In this document: piece by piece, positions 50,530 to 59,993 of the stretch
Numbering within the stretch: the stretch's first letter is position 1
How the letters are laid out: each line of letters begins with the position of its first letter
Assembly: GCA_964470105.1 (NCBI GenBank)
Contig: CAYXZI010000001.1
Span: 37,521 to 101,520 of the forward strand
DNA length: 64,000 nucleotides
Origin: an uncultured Candidatus Saccharibacteria bacterium
GTDB taxonomy: Bacteria > Patescibacteriota > Minisyncoccia > Phycocordibacterales > PALSA-1337
Direction: 5' to 3'
Made by a program: the position numbers and the translations under genes
The notes under the pieces: model-generated
Database searches by the model: none
Told to the model about the DNA's origin: nothing
The model's input: the letters and a program-made list of their open reading frames with translations, nothing else

Positions 50530-51108
50530 TTATTTTACTGATATTTGACCTGTTGATCTTATCTCGATCTCTCTTTTTGTACCATCACTTGCTGCAACAG
50601 TTATCTTTGCATAATTCGAAATCTTTTCATTACCTCTAATGATAGCATTTGGATTAGGACGATCAAATATTATATCTAGGTTATTAACAGCGGTACAGCC
50701 AGAATCGATACACAAACTATCTATCTTACTACCTCTTGTAATTGAGGTTTTAGATAACTTTTCATCGATTGTTGTAGTATCATTGTCCTCTGCATCGTAC
50801 ACATAGTCATGATCTAGATCCACAAAGAATGCGTATTCAGTTGGCTGATTAGTACTAAAATGCACACCGTACGGCAGAAGGAAATCATTTGTATTTCTAC
50901 TAGCACTTTTAACATTTAGACCGTAGGATTGTGCATTACGTATTGAAAGAGCAACATCATAAGCTAGGTTTTTAAGCAAAACTCCCTGATTGAAAGTTCC
51001 ATATTTAGACAAAAGTAATGCCGTCATTACAGCAAAAATTGCAAGCGAAATTAGTAACTCTATAACAGTAAATCCCCCATTTGTATTTTTTAAATTTACT
51101 TTCTTCAT
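50530..51108 (-). CDS. Pseudopilin (GspH/FimT-like minor pilin)
   Basis: MKKVNLKNTNGG|FTVIELLISLAIFAVM. Confidence 0.7.
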   Translation of the reverse strand: MKKVNLKNTNGGFTVIELLISLAIFAVMTALLLSKYGTFNQGVLLKNLAYDVALSIRNAQSYGLNVKSASRNTNDFLLPYGVHFSTNQPTEYAFFVDLDHDYVYDAEDNDTTTIDEKLSKTSITRGSKIDSLCIDSGCTAVNNLDIIFDRPNPNAIIRGNEKISNYAKITVAASDGTKREIEIRSTGQISVK

Positions 51109-51881
51109 ATTGAAAAATCGATTACATTGATTCCAAAAAACAAGACTAGATACATACCAATAATTAAATATGGACCGAATGGTATTTCATACCGAGCTTT
51201 CATCTTTCTAAAGATTATATACATCCAGATTACACTAAAAACTGCACCTATCCAGAATGCTAAAGTTACGGCAGATACGCCTCCAGAAAGACCTAATATC
51301 CACCCTATACCCAAAACGAGCTTTGCATCACCAAGCCCCATCCATTCACCCTTCGACACAAGCCATAGTAGAAAGAAAGGTAGTGCTATTATTGGACCTG
51401 ATAGTAAATCTAAAATCTTTGGTAAAACAAAAGTTAATTCTGGGCTAAGAAATAGCTTAGCTAGAGCGAGAAGAGCGAATGTGTACACAAATGAATCCGG
51501 AATGATTTTATGTTTAACGTCATATATTGTAATAACAAGAAGTATTCCAGTGATTAATATATAGAATAAAGTATCTACTGCCATAGCTACTGACAACGGT
51601 GGAAAGAAATAGAAGATCAGAACAAAAAGTATACCGGCAATACACTCAATGACTGGATACTGCCAAGATATTCTACTCTTACACTTCTTACACTCCCCAC
51701 CTTGTAAAATAAAACTAAGTACGGGAAGTAATTCATGCCATTCCAAATTCTTTCCACATGAGAAGCATTTTGATCTCCCTCTTAGGGTCATCCCTGTGTT
51801 GTACCTCAACGCAACAACATTTAAAAAACTACCAATTATGGTTCCGAGTATGAATGAAAAAATTAAAAAAGTACTTTGCAT
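51105..51881 (-). CDS. pilD: Prepilin peptidase (A24 family) PilD
   Basis: N-terminal tetracysteine zinc motif (CFSCGKNL...CKKCKSRISW), 8 TM segments, catalytic Asp pair (IYDVKHKIIPD; GLGDAKL). Confidence 0.9.
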   Translation of the reverse strand: MQSTFLIFSFILGTIIGSFLNVVALRYNTGMTLRGRSKCFSCGKNLEWHELLPVLSFILQGGECKKCKSRISWQYPVIECIAGILFVLIFYFFPPLSVAMAVDTLFYILITGILLVITIYDVKHKIIPDSFVYTFALLALAKLFLSPELTFVLPKILDLLSGPIIALPFFLLWLVSKGEWMGLGDAKLVLGIGWILGLSGGVSAVTLAFWIGAVFSVIWMYIIFRKMKARYEIPFGPYLIIGMYLVLFFGINVIDFSI

Positions 51882-52352
51882 CTATTTTGGTTGAACACAA
51901 TAGTAAAAGTTTGGAGAAACATCATCACAGTATCCACTTGCCTGACCGAGTGGAGCCCCATCAACATCATCTGTTAACACAGAAGGGTTCGGATTTTCGA
52001 GTTTAGCACGCAATACATAGTCTGTTGCATTTGATGATGGAGATGCAACATAGGCATAAGCAGTACCACTATCTGTTGGAACAACCGACATAAAAGTACC
52101 CAGAGTGACTCCCGTACATACAGATGTACTTGTTGTTAGGACTCCTGAAGCAGGATAATTATTACACTTATCAAAAGCTTGCTCTAGAGCTAACTGAATT
52201 TGAGATAGATCAGACACCCTCTTTGCATCTCTTGATTTAGACTTTGCTGTAAAGAAGTTAGCTGACAATACTGCTGTAAGTATTCCTATTATAGCTACTA
52301 CTACTAGTAATTCTATTAAAGTAAAACCTTTATTAAAAAGTATTTTTTTCAT
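51882..52352 (-). CDS. Type IV major pilin (PilA-like)
   Basis: MKKILFNKG|FTLIELLVVVAIIGILTAV; C-terminal Cys pair (CDD..YYC). A TATAAT box sits 7 nt upstream of the ATG inside the inverted repeat TAGGCTA-TAAT-TAGCCTA (possible leaderless start). Confidence 0.8.
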   Translation of the reverse strand: MKKILFNKGFTLIELLVVVAIIGILTAVLSANFFTAKSKSRDAKRVSDLSQIQLALEQAFDKCNNYPASGVLTTSTSVCTGVTLGTFMSVVPTDSGTAYAYVASPSSNATDYVLRAKLENPNPSVLTDDVDGAPLGQASGYCDDVSPNFYYCVQPK

Positions 52353-52389
52353 TAGGCTAATTATAGCCTATATACGTATAAAAACGAAT

Positions 52390-52429
52390 CCCCAGCGCGA
52401 CACCTTTCTGTCAGGTGTCCACGCTGGGG
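52390..52429 (-). terminator. Strong rho-independent terminator (minus strand)
   Basis: CCCCAGCGUGGACACC-UGACAGAAA-GGUGUCGCGCUGGGG (13-14 bp with one bulge) followed by AUUCGUUUUU. Confidence 0.7.
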
Positions 52430-52444
52430 AAATAAGGGCGTTTT

Positions 52445-52693
52445 TCAGCCCGTGACCTCGTATACCGCCCGGAGGTCCTTCTCAACTAGAGCCCTCAATT
52501 CACCCCTGGAGGAGCACACGTACTCCTTCTTGATACCCTCGGGCCAGGCCAAGGTGGCCTTGGTACCTCGAGGCACCGAACCCTCGACTACCGAGTTGAT
52601 CATCTTGTCGAAGACTCGATTTGAGACCTTCTTCTTCCCAAGCGTCGTGGGGGCGACGCTGGAAGCATCCATTACTGCGGCGAAGTGAGACAT
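52445..52693 (-). CDS. Hypothetical small basic protein encoded by a high-GC, GC3-biased gene
   Basis: 82-aa ORF; a hand count gives ~75% G/C at third positions and purine-rich first positions (a genuine coding signature of a high-GC donor); a strong terminator follows immediately; no family recognised. Confidence 0.45.
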   Translation of the reverse strand: MSHFAAVMDASSVAPTTLGKKKVSNRVFDKMINSVVEGSVPRGTKATLAWPEGIKKEYVCSSRGELRALVEKDLRAVYEVTG

Positions 52694-52781
52694 AACACTA
52701 TATTAACCATCATTGAGTAAAAGATGAGCAACTACTGGAGCCATAAACCAGCAGCTTCATCCGGATAATAATAGTACAACT

Positions 52782-53939
52782 TTAAATACTGCTGTCAAGC
52801 TTTTTATCAACATCATTTAGAGCTTCTCTTGTATATACATTAGAAGCACTCCATAACATCCAACTATTCAATCCTGAATCATATGTAGCTTGTATCTGTG
52901 CCCTTACCATCTCTGGAGTATATTCAACACGACCAATACTAAAATCCTGTAACCAAGGTCTCAATTTGAGTGGAGATGTACTAGCCATATTTGCCTTCTT
53001 TACTCCACCATCCATTACATACTTAATTACTTCGTATGGTTTATTTGCTGGATCAGCATATCCCAGAAAAGTCGGAGGATAGTGTGACGGATAGACCATA
53101 GGCGCAACATAGTCAAAATGCATTAAAGCATTACCGAGTATCTGTCCTATTCCCAAATCATCATTGTTGGTTGTAGTCATACCAAAAAGATCTGCTGATA
53201 TCGGAATATTCTTTTTATGAAAAGTTTCATCTAGATGTGCAAAAAATTCTTTTAATGCATCAGATTTTACCTTACCCTGACTAAATGGAAATGCTATATC
53301 TAGCATATTACCATCTGAAGGAAAGCGGATGTAGTCAAAATTTAATTCATCAAACCCATTAGCGTATGATTCATCTCCGATGAGCACAAGATAGTCCCAG
53401 ACTGGCTTAGCACCCACATCAAGCCAACTTATACCCTTTCTGTCCTTCCACACCTTACCTGCTTTATCAGTTACAGCATATTCAGGTTTTGTTTTAACGA
53501 GATATGAATCTTGGAAACAGGAGATTCTACCTATCACATATATACCTTTCTCATGTAATTCACCAATGAATTCTTTTATGTCAGATATTCTATTCTCACC
53601 TGAACCAAACTTCTTTAGCTTTTCATTATCTGGTATGTAACTTATTCGACCTGTATAGTCTTTAATATCTATAACAACAGAATTTATTTCAGTTTCATCA
53701 ATTATCTTTACCAGCTTCTCCCTTAATTTCTTGCTTCCTGCAACCCAACTAGACATATATATAGCCTTTACTGAGTCTGGGGTTTTTATATGAGTAACTG
53801 CAAACGGAGTTGGTATTACAATTGATGCTCCCGCCACATAATCTGTTTTATATGACTCATATTGAAATGGGTATATGTATGCCCCAACAAGCACAGTGAT
53901 GGATAATAGTATTGAGAATGAATATATATAGATTCTCAT
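52782..53939 (-). CDS. Putative glycoside hydrolase, TIM-barrel (DUF4015/YngK-like), secreted
   Basis: N-terminal signal/TM segment; ~385 aa with acidic catalytic-like motifs (VIDIKD, NGFDELNFDYIRFP) resembling DUF4015/GHL families. Confidence 0.5.
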   Translation of the reverse strand: MRIYIYSFSILLSITVLVGAYIYPFQYESYKTDYVAGASIVIPTPFAVTHIKTPDSVKAIYMSSWVAGSKKLREKLVKIIDETEINSVVIDIKDYTGRISYIPDNEKLKKFGSGENRISDIKEFIGELHEKGIYVIGRISCFQDSYLVKTKPEYAVTDKAGKVWKDRKGISWLDVGAKPVWDYLVLIGDESYANGFDELNFDYIRFPSDGNMLDIAFPFSQGKVKSDALKEFFAHLDETFHKKNIPISADLFGMTTTNNDDLGIGQILGNALMHFDYVAPMVYPSHYPPTFLGYADPANKPYEVIKYVMDGGVKKANMASTSPLKLRPWLQDFSIGRVEYTPEMVRAQIQATYDSGLNSWMLWSASNVYTREALNDVDKKLDSSI

Positions 53940-54151
53940 CAGATATGTGATGAATGGTTATTATTTTCGGTAAAAACAGAATTTGTACTTTGTTGATCAG
54001 ACCTCTTTTCATGCGGAAGGTTGTATGAAATAACGATAACCAGGAGACCAGAAGCAACGGCAATAACCTCATGCCAAGGATATGGTAATCCCAAGAACAT
54101 GAATAACATTATCCAAACACCGATTATACAAAGCCATTGTCGTTTTGACAT
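53939..54151 (-). CDS. Hypothetical small membrane protein
   Basis: 70 aa with two hydrophobic helices; alternative overlapping frame 53857..54072 rejected. Confidence 0.3.
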   Translation of the reverse strand: MSKRQWLCIIGVWIMLFMFLGLPYPWHEVIAVASGLLVIVISYNLPHEKRSDQQSTNSVFTENNNHSSHI

Positions 54152-54174
54152 ATGGACACATTATACTGGTTTTG

Positions 54175-54843
54175 CTATTTGGATACAATAACAACAAACT
54201 CCCCTTTTTGTTTTTCTGGAGTTTCTGTAAGAATTTTTAATATTTCTGTAGCACTACCCTGTAATACCTCTTCATATATTTTAGTGATTTCTCTAACAAC
54301 AGTTACTTTCTTTTCAATTTTTGTTAATGATTCAAGAGTTTTTAAAATTCTATGTGTTGATTCATAAAAAACAATTGTTCTTTCTGATTGTGCAATTTCT
54401 TTAAAAATTGTTTCTCTACCCTTTTTATGTGGCATAAATCCTAGAAATATAAATTCATGTGTTGGCACACCAGCAATTGAAAGTGCGGCAGTCAGAGCAG
54501 ATGGTCCTGGAATAGCAATAATTGAAAGGTCTGGATACTTTTCTCTAATAACCGAGATTAGTAGAGATCCTGGATCTGATATTCCTGGAGTACCTGCATC
54601 AGTAACTAGTGCAATGTTTTTACCTTCTTCTATCTTTTCTAGTATTAACTCTACTTTTGCCTCGCCGCTTTGAGCATGATAACTCATCATAGGCGTAGAT
54701 ATACTATGTTTTTCGAATATTCTCTTGGTTACTCTGGTGTCCTCGCATAGCACAATATCAACCTCTTTTAGTATACGAAGTGCCCTAAGAGTTATATCCT
54801 CTAGATTACCTATAGGTGTTGAAATTACATAAAAAGTAGACAT
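54175..54843 (-). CDS. rsmI: 16S rRNA (cytidine1402-2'-O)-methyltransferase RsmI
   Basis: Tetrapyrrole-methylase fold: YVISTPIGNLEDITLRALRIL, TDAGTPGISDPG. The start is taken at MSTFYV (ATG 54841-54843). Confidence 0.9.
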   Translation of the reverse strand: MSTFYVISTPIGNLEDITLRALRILKEVDIVLCEDTRVTKRIFEKHSISTPMMSYHAQSGEAKVELILEKIEEGKNIALVTDAGTPGISDPGSLLISVIREKYPDLSIIAIPGPSALTAALSIAGVPTHEFIFLGFMPHKKGRETIFKEIAQSERTIVFYESTHRILKTLESLTKIEKKVTVVREITKIYEEVLQGSATEILKILTETPEKQKGEFVVIVSK

Positions 54844-54870
54844 AAGGATATAATATACTACACTATCTAT

Positions 54871-56058
54871 ATGGCAAGCGTAACACAAAATATTGTATAT
54901 GTAGCAAGAGATATTGAACGAGCTCTGGGTATCAAACCTGTAAATAACTACTACATCATAACTAACAAGACCAAATACTCACTTGAGATACAGAAACAGT
55001 ATCCCGACAATGTTTTTATCATTGATTCACCAAACACATTAGATACGTACGAGTTAATGTTACAAGAGAGTGTTTCTAGTCTTATTGAAAAACTTCATGC
55101 AAATATTATAGTTTTTAAAAATACAATTCATATTGAGGCATTATGTAAAGAAAAAAAATGGAAGCTATTAAATCCGAGTGCTGAACTATCAGAAATAGTG
55201 GAGAACAAGATTTCTCAAAGTGAATGGCTTGATGAACTATCTTCTCTTCTACCTTCACACAAAATACAGACGGTTGAAAATATTGCATGGGATAAAGAGG
55301 TATTTATCATACAGTGGTCACATGGTCATACTGGAGATGGCACAATTTTAGTTCAAAATGAAAATACCTTATCAGATCTTAAGAAAAAATTTCCTCACCG
55401 AGAATGTAAAGTCACAAAGTATATTAAAGGACCGATGTTCACTATAAATATAGTAGTGACCGAAACAGTAATACTACTTGGAAATATTAGCTACCAGATA
55501 ACAGGAATACTCCCCTTTACCGAGAATGCATTTAGTACAATTGGTAACGATTGGAGTGTTCCATATAGCATATTAACAGAAAGACACATTGTTGATTTCA
55601 ACAGTATAGCTGAAAAAGTTGCTCAAAAAATGCAGAAATCTGGTTGGCGAGGACTATTTGGCATTGACGTTATATACGATGAAGAGAGAGATGAATTACA
55701 CCTAATTGAGATCAATGCTAGACAGCCAGCATCAGTGACATATGAATCTGAGCTACAGACAAATATGGGCATGGAAGGATTAAATACCTTTGAAGCACAT
55801 ATAATGGTCCTGAGTAATATAAAAATTAATTCTTCTCTAATACCAATTAATGATGGTGCGCAAATACTGCAAAGAGTAACTACTATTACTAAAGTAATTG
55901 ATCCCAAAAAACTAATCGATGCTGGGTATAAAGTAATTCAGTACTCAAATAACAAATTAAATTCTGATCTAGCTAGAATTCAAAGTAATAAAGGTATTAT
56001 GGAGGCTCATAATAAATTCAATGTGAGAGGAAAGGAAATATTAGATCTAATTATCTAA
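54871..56058 (+). CDS. ATP-grasp domain protein (carboxylate-amine/peptide ligase superfamily), function unknown
   Basis: C-terminal ATP-grasp core with ELHLIEINARQPAS (E-x-N motif) and upstream Lys/Gly-rich loops; divergent from rsmI and convergent with the NlpC/P60 gene. Confidence 0.65.
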   Translation: MASVTQNIVYVARDIERALGIKPVNNYYIITNKTKYSLEIQKQYPDNVFIIDSPNTLDTYELMLQESVSSLIEKLHANIIVFKNTIHIEALCKEKKWKLLNPSAELSEIVENKISQSEWLDELSSLLPSHKIQTVENIAWDKEVFIIQWSHGHTGDGTILVQNENTLSDLKKKFPHRECKVTKYIKGPMFTINIVVTETVILLGNISYQITGILPFTENAFSTIGNDWSVPYSILTERHIVDFNSIAEKVAQKMQKSGWRGLFGIDVIYDEERDELHLIEINARQPASVTYESELQTNMGMEGLNTFEAHIMVLSNIKINSSLIPINDGAQILQRVTTITKVIDPKKLIDAGYKVIQYSNNKLNSDLARIQSNKGIMEAHNKFNVRGKEILDLII

Positions 56059-56804
56059 AACCATTTTAATCTCCTTATCTCTGTTTTTGATTTTGCTGCC
56101 CTAGTAAAGGTGTAATTTCCTTCATTAGTCATTTCATTTTCAGTCCATCTTTGGTCAATAAGAGTTCTATTGGTATCAGTAATTTCAATCTTTCCTTCGT
56201 GAATACCATGTCCATATTCACCATCTGTAGGCCATGCCACGGCATGCACGTAGTGAATCATGATCGGTACAAGATTCTGATATTCAACCTGATGTATTAC
56301 CAATATATGATCTCTTTCACCATCCTCCGTACCACCAACCATAGTTATCATATCGCCAACCTGTACATCTATTATTTGTATTAATCTACTATTAGTATCG
56401 TGTGCAAAGGTTTTTACATTAGTATTATTTATTGGTCTAAACTTAGATCTTATCTTACCCAATATTCCAATTGCATATGGAAAATGAAGATGGCGATCAA
56501 GAGTACCTTTTTTTAGATATTGACTCTCTTCATTAAGAACATAATATGCGAAGCCAGAACACTCAATACCAATATCATTTTCTACCATTAATTTCTTAAT
56601 ACTATTTTTATCTAGGGATTCAAACTTAATCTTTTCAGCGAAAGCTATTTCCTTTATCTCATCATATATTTCCTTTGGACTCCCCTTACCAGTTTGAACA
56701 AGCAAACCTGCTCGCCTTCCTCTATGCCTATTATTGTAATATGGCACATCTTTATACTGCTCAATTATTGCTAGTGCTCTATCAGAAATACGTTTTGTAT
56801 TCAT
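56055..56804 (-). CDS. NlpC/P60-family cysteine peptidase-like protein
   Basis: GIECSGFAYYVL (Cys nucleophile in the xDCSG context), then GDMITMVGG...DHILVIHQV (His), in NlpC/P60 order; no signal peptide seen. Confidence 0.55.
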   Translation of the reverse strand: MNTKRISDRALAIIEQYKDVPYYNNRHRGRRAGLLVQTGKGSPKEIYDEIKEIAFAEKIKFESLDKNSIKKLMVENDIGIECSGFAYYVLNEESQYLKKGTLDRHLHFPYAIGILGKIRSKFRPINNTNVKTFAHDTNSRLIQIIDVQVGDMITMVGGTEDGERDHILVIHQVEYQNLVPIMIHYVHAVAWPTDGEYGHGIHEGKIEITDTNRTLIDQRWTENEMTNEGNYTFTRAAKSKTEIRRLKWF

Positions 56805-56849
56805 ATATTAAGATTAACATATAAGCCATTTTATGCTAATCTGGTTGAT

Positions 56850-57977
56850 ATGATAAGTATATTGGAAGGCACAGCCGATTTAGCTTTTATACTTGGTTTT
56901 ACCCTACTTTCCTTCTTTGTAGCCTTTATATGGTCTCCAGCTTTAATTTGGGCACTTTATAGATTCCAAATATTCAAAGGGCAGAAAAAGGAACTCGAAA
57001 ATATAAGCTCACAACGTGGAAAGGATCGAACCCCTGTGATGGGTGGGTTACTAGTCATTGTAACTGTGGTAGTCATAACCTTCTTCTTTAACTGGTCTAG
57101 AAGCTACACGTGGGTTCCGATTGGAGTTACACTTCTTTCCGCTCTATTGGGTGCCATAGATGACCTATTAAATATATTTGGTGTTGAAAGAAGATCAAGA
57201 AAACTTAAGCAGATTATAACCCTAATCCGTGTTCATAAGGAATTCAAGATGAGATTATGGTATTTAATTACTTTACCATGGTCTGTCTTTAAAAGAATTT
57301 CTGTATGGATTGGTTCTAGAACAAATAAAGGTATACATGTTCACGAAAAGCTAGTTTTGCAGTTTGCTGCTGGATCTATAACGGCTTGGTGGATATATGA
57401 TAAATTAGGTAGTGCATGGCACTATATATATTTACCATTTAACTACGATATATATTTAGGTTGGTTAATTATTCCTTTTATCATTCTCGTCGTCATGTTT
57501 ACTGCTAATGCAGTAAACATAGCAGATGGTATGGATGGTCTAGCTGGTGGAATGCTCATATCATCATTTAGTGCCTTAACACTTTTAAGTTGGATAAATG
57601 GTTTTGGAGAAATAGCCATACTAAACGCAACAACTGTTGGAGCACTAGTTACATATACATATTTTAATATTAAACCGGCTAGATTTATGATGGGAGATGT
57701 GGGATCTCTCGGTTTAGGCGCACTATTTGCTGTTAATACCGTAGCAATTGGTGAAATAGGATCTATATTCTTTCTAGGTTTTGTATTTTACATAGAGGCG
57801 TTAAGTGTTCTAGTACAAATTGCTGGTAAATACACTCTCGGTAGAAAGATATTTAAAATGGCACCAATACATCACCATTTTGAGATTCAAGGTTGGAGTG
57901 AGGAGAAAACAATAATGCGTTTTTGGATAATACACTTTGTGTTTGTTGTGTTTGGTATCTGGCTATCACTTCATTAA
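56850..57977 (+). CDS. mraY: Phospho-N-acetylmuramoyl-pentapeptide transferase MraY
   Basis: 10 TM segments; NAVNIADGMDGLAGG and the HHH motif region (MAPIHHHFE). Confidence 0.95.
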   Translation: MISILEGTADLAFILGFTLLSFFVAFIWSPALIWALYRFQIFKGQKKELENISSQRGKDRTPVMGGLLVIVTVVVITFFFNWSRSYTWVPIGVTLLSALLGAIDDLLNIFGVERRSRKLKQIITLIRVHKEFKMRLWYLITLPWSVFKRISVWIGSRTNKGIHVHEKLVLQFAAGSITAWWIYDKLGSAWHYIYLPFNYDIYLGWLIIPFIILVVMFTANAVNIADGMDGLAGGMLISSFSALTLLSWINGFGEIAILNATTVGALVTYTYFNIKPARFMMGDVGSLGLGALFAVNTVAIGEIGSIFFLGFVFYIEALSVLVQIAGKYTLGRKIFKMAPIHHHFEIQGWSEEKTIMRFWIIHFVFVVFGIWLSLH

Positions 57978-57978
57978 T

Positions 57979-58626
57979 ATGGAATACCTACACTGGAAGG
58001 AGGAAAAAATTACCGATGATTCAAGTGAGTCAATATCACGTATGTATGACAATGGTTTTGTATTTACAAGAATCGGCAAGGGGGTAATGCATCAAACTAG
58101 GAGTATACGAATTGATCTATCAGAGTTTGAGATATCAAGCGAGAATAGAAGAATTTTACGTAAGGGAGAAAGTGTGGGATTCACTGAAAACACTATACCG
58201 TATTCTTCATATAAATGGGAAATAGGTAAGATGGCTAAGGATTTTTATGAAGTTAAAGCTGGTGGTGCCTTCACAGCTAATAAGATTAAGGAGCTAGTAA
58301 CAACAGTACATAATTTTAATATGATTTTAAACTTTTCTAATCTTGGATATGTTATATGCTATAAAAATAATGAGATCATTCACTACTGCTACCCATTCTA
58401 TGATCTAGATAAATCACCAAAGGATATGGGTTTGATTATGATGACTAAAATAATTGCAGAAGCCAAAACTCAAGGTCTGAGGTATGTATATCTAGGTTCA
58501 CTACAAAGACCGAGTGATGTATATAAATTACAATTCTCTGGTGTAGAGTGGTTTGATGGTAAAATATGGAAAAAGGATATGGAAGAAGTAAAAACAATAC
58601 TCTCAAATACAGAATCACATGAATAA
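57979..58626 (+). CDS. ATE/Bpt-family aminoacyl-tRNA-protein transferase-like protein (ATE_C-type C-terminus)
   Basis: The C-terminus RYVYLGSLQRPSDVYKLQFSGVEWFDGKIW matches the ATE_C/Bpt signature (YLGYWI..KMxYK..F.P.E.L...W) and YDLD corresponds to the YDP motif; start at ATG 57979 right after the mraY stop. Confidence 0.5.
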   Translation: MEYLHWKEEKITDDSSESISRMYDNGFVFTRIGKGVMHQTRSIRIDLSEFEISSENRRILRKGESVGFTENTIPYSSYKWEIGKMAKDFYEVKAGGAFTANKIKELVTTVHNFNMILNFSNLGYVICYKNNEIIHYCYPFYDLDKSPKDMGLIMMTKIIAEAKTQGLRYVYLGSLQRPSDVYKLQFSGVEWFDGKIWKKDMEEVKTILSNTESHE

Positions 58627-59992
58627 CAATAGACATATTCATATTATCGGTATATGCGGCGTAGCAACCAGTGCAATCGCAATTGCTTTTAAAAAAGCTG
58701 GGTATATTGTGACTGGTTCTGATAAGGGATTCTTCCCTCCCATTTCAGACGAATTAGAGAAACATGGTATATCATTCTATGCAGGTTGGCATCCAGAACA
58801 GATGGGTAATCCCGATATTGTAATGACTGGAGGTAGCGGTACAAGCCCAAACAATCCAGAGACTGTATATGCGAAAGAAAGAGGCATAAGTGTCTATGAT
58901 TATCCTCAATTAATACAGAAGTATTTTATTAAGGAGAACTCTATTGTTGTCGTGGGTACATGGGGAAAAACAACTATATCCTCCCTGCTATCATTTATAT
59001 TACTAGATAACAATATGAATCCTTCATATTTCACTGGTGGTTTATCTCTATCACATGATTCAGGAGCCATATCAGATTCAAAGTGGAGCATTGTTGAAGG
59101 AGATGAGTATCAGGTGTCCATAAGCGATAAGAGACCAAAATTTGTATACTATTCCCCAACTCACCTTCTACTGACTTCAGTTTCTTGGGATCATGCTGAC
59201 CTTTACCCCACAGAGGAAATATACTTTGATACTTTCAAGAAGTTAATTAGTGATATTCCAGAACATGGAACTATTGTGGCAAATATTGATAACGATGGAG
59301 TTAAAAAGATTGTCGATAAAGCAATAACATATGGTAAGAGTAATGCAGACTATGTATATAGTAATGTGGAGCAAAATGAAAACGGATTAAAATTTGAAAT
59401 TACTAGTGAGGGGAGAATATATAATATAACCTCAAAACTATTAGGGGTATTCCAAGCAGAAAATATAACTGGGGCTTTCGCTATGGCAAAAAGTATTGGT
59501 CTAGATCCAAAGCAGATCATTAATTCCATTTCAAAATTTCAAGGAATGAAGAGAAGGTTGGAGAAGAGATTCGATGGTGATATAAAAGTTTTTGATGATA
59601 TTGCTCATTCTGGTGAAAAAGCCAATGCAGTACTTAAAAATCTTAGATCAATATACAAAGGAAAAATTGTGGCAATATTTGAACCAAATATTGGAGGAAG
59701 AGAGAGAAATTCCAAAAAATTATATGATAACGCTTTTAATAGTGCTGATTATGTAATAATACCTAGACTTACAAAACTTAAAATTGATAGTGGGAAAGAT
59801 ACTCAGCCCATCGATGGTAATGAACTAGCTAATTTTATATCTAACACAAATAAAAATACTGTATGTATTGAGGACGACAGTGAACTTGTTAAAAGCATTT
59901 TGAATAAGACAAATAAGGGCGATATTATCGTCTTTCTTGGTTCACACGGTTTTAGAGGAATGATTGAGGAGGTAATTTCTAAACTTAAATAA
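58619..59992 (+). CDS. Mur ligase family protein, Mpl/MurC-like
   Basis: N-terminal HIIGICGVATSAIA...GSDKGFFPPIS (the Mpl-type GSD..YPPMS motif), Mur ligase middle domain P-loop (GTWGKTTISS), C-terminal domain. Confidence 0.8.
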   Translation: MNNNRHIHIIGICGVATSAIAIAFKKAGYIVTGSDKGFFPPISDELEKHGISFYAGWHPEQMGNPDIVMTGGSGTSPNNPETVYAKERGISVYDYPQLIQKYFIKENSIVVVGTWGKTTISSLLSFILLDNNMNPSYFTGGLSLSHDSGAISDSKWSIVEGDEYQVSISDKRPKFVYYSPTHLLLTSVSWDHADLYPTEEIYFDTFKKLISDIPEHGTIVANIDNDGVKKIVDKAITYGKSNADYVYSNVEQNENGLKFEITSEGRIYNITSKLLGVFQAENITGAFAMAKSIGLDPKQIINSISKFQGMKRRLEKRFDGDIKVFDDIAHSGEKANAVLKNLRSIYKGKIVAIFEPNIGGRERNSKKLYDNAFNSADYVIIPRLTKLKIDSGKDTQPIDGNELANFISNTNKNTVCIEDDSELVKSILNKTNKGDIIVFLGSHGFRGMIEEVISKLK

Positions 59993-59993
59993 C

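Noticed and set aside
53857-54072. 71-aa minus-strand ORF overlapping 53939..54151.
   Set aside because: It overlaps the 3' end of the glycoside-hydrolase-like gene in another frame; the 53939..54151 frame with two TM helices is the more plausible small gene, if either is real.
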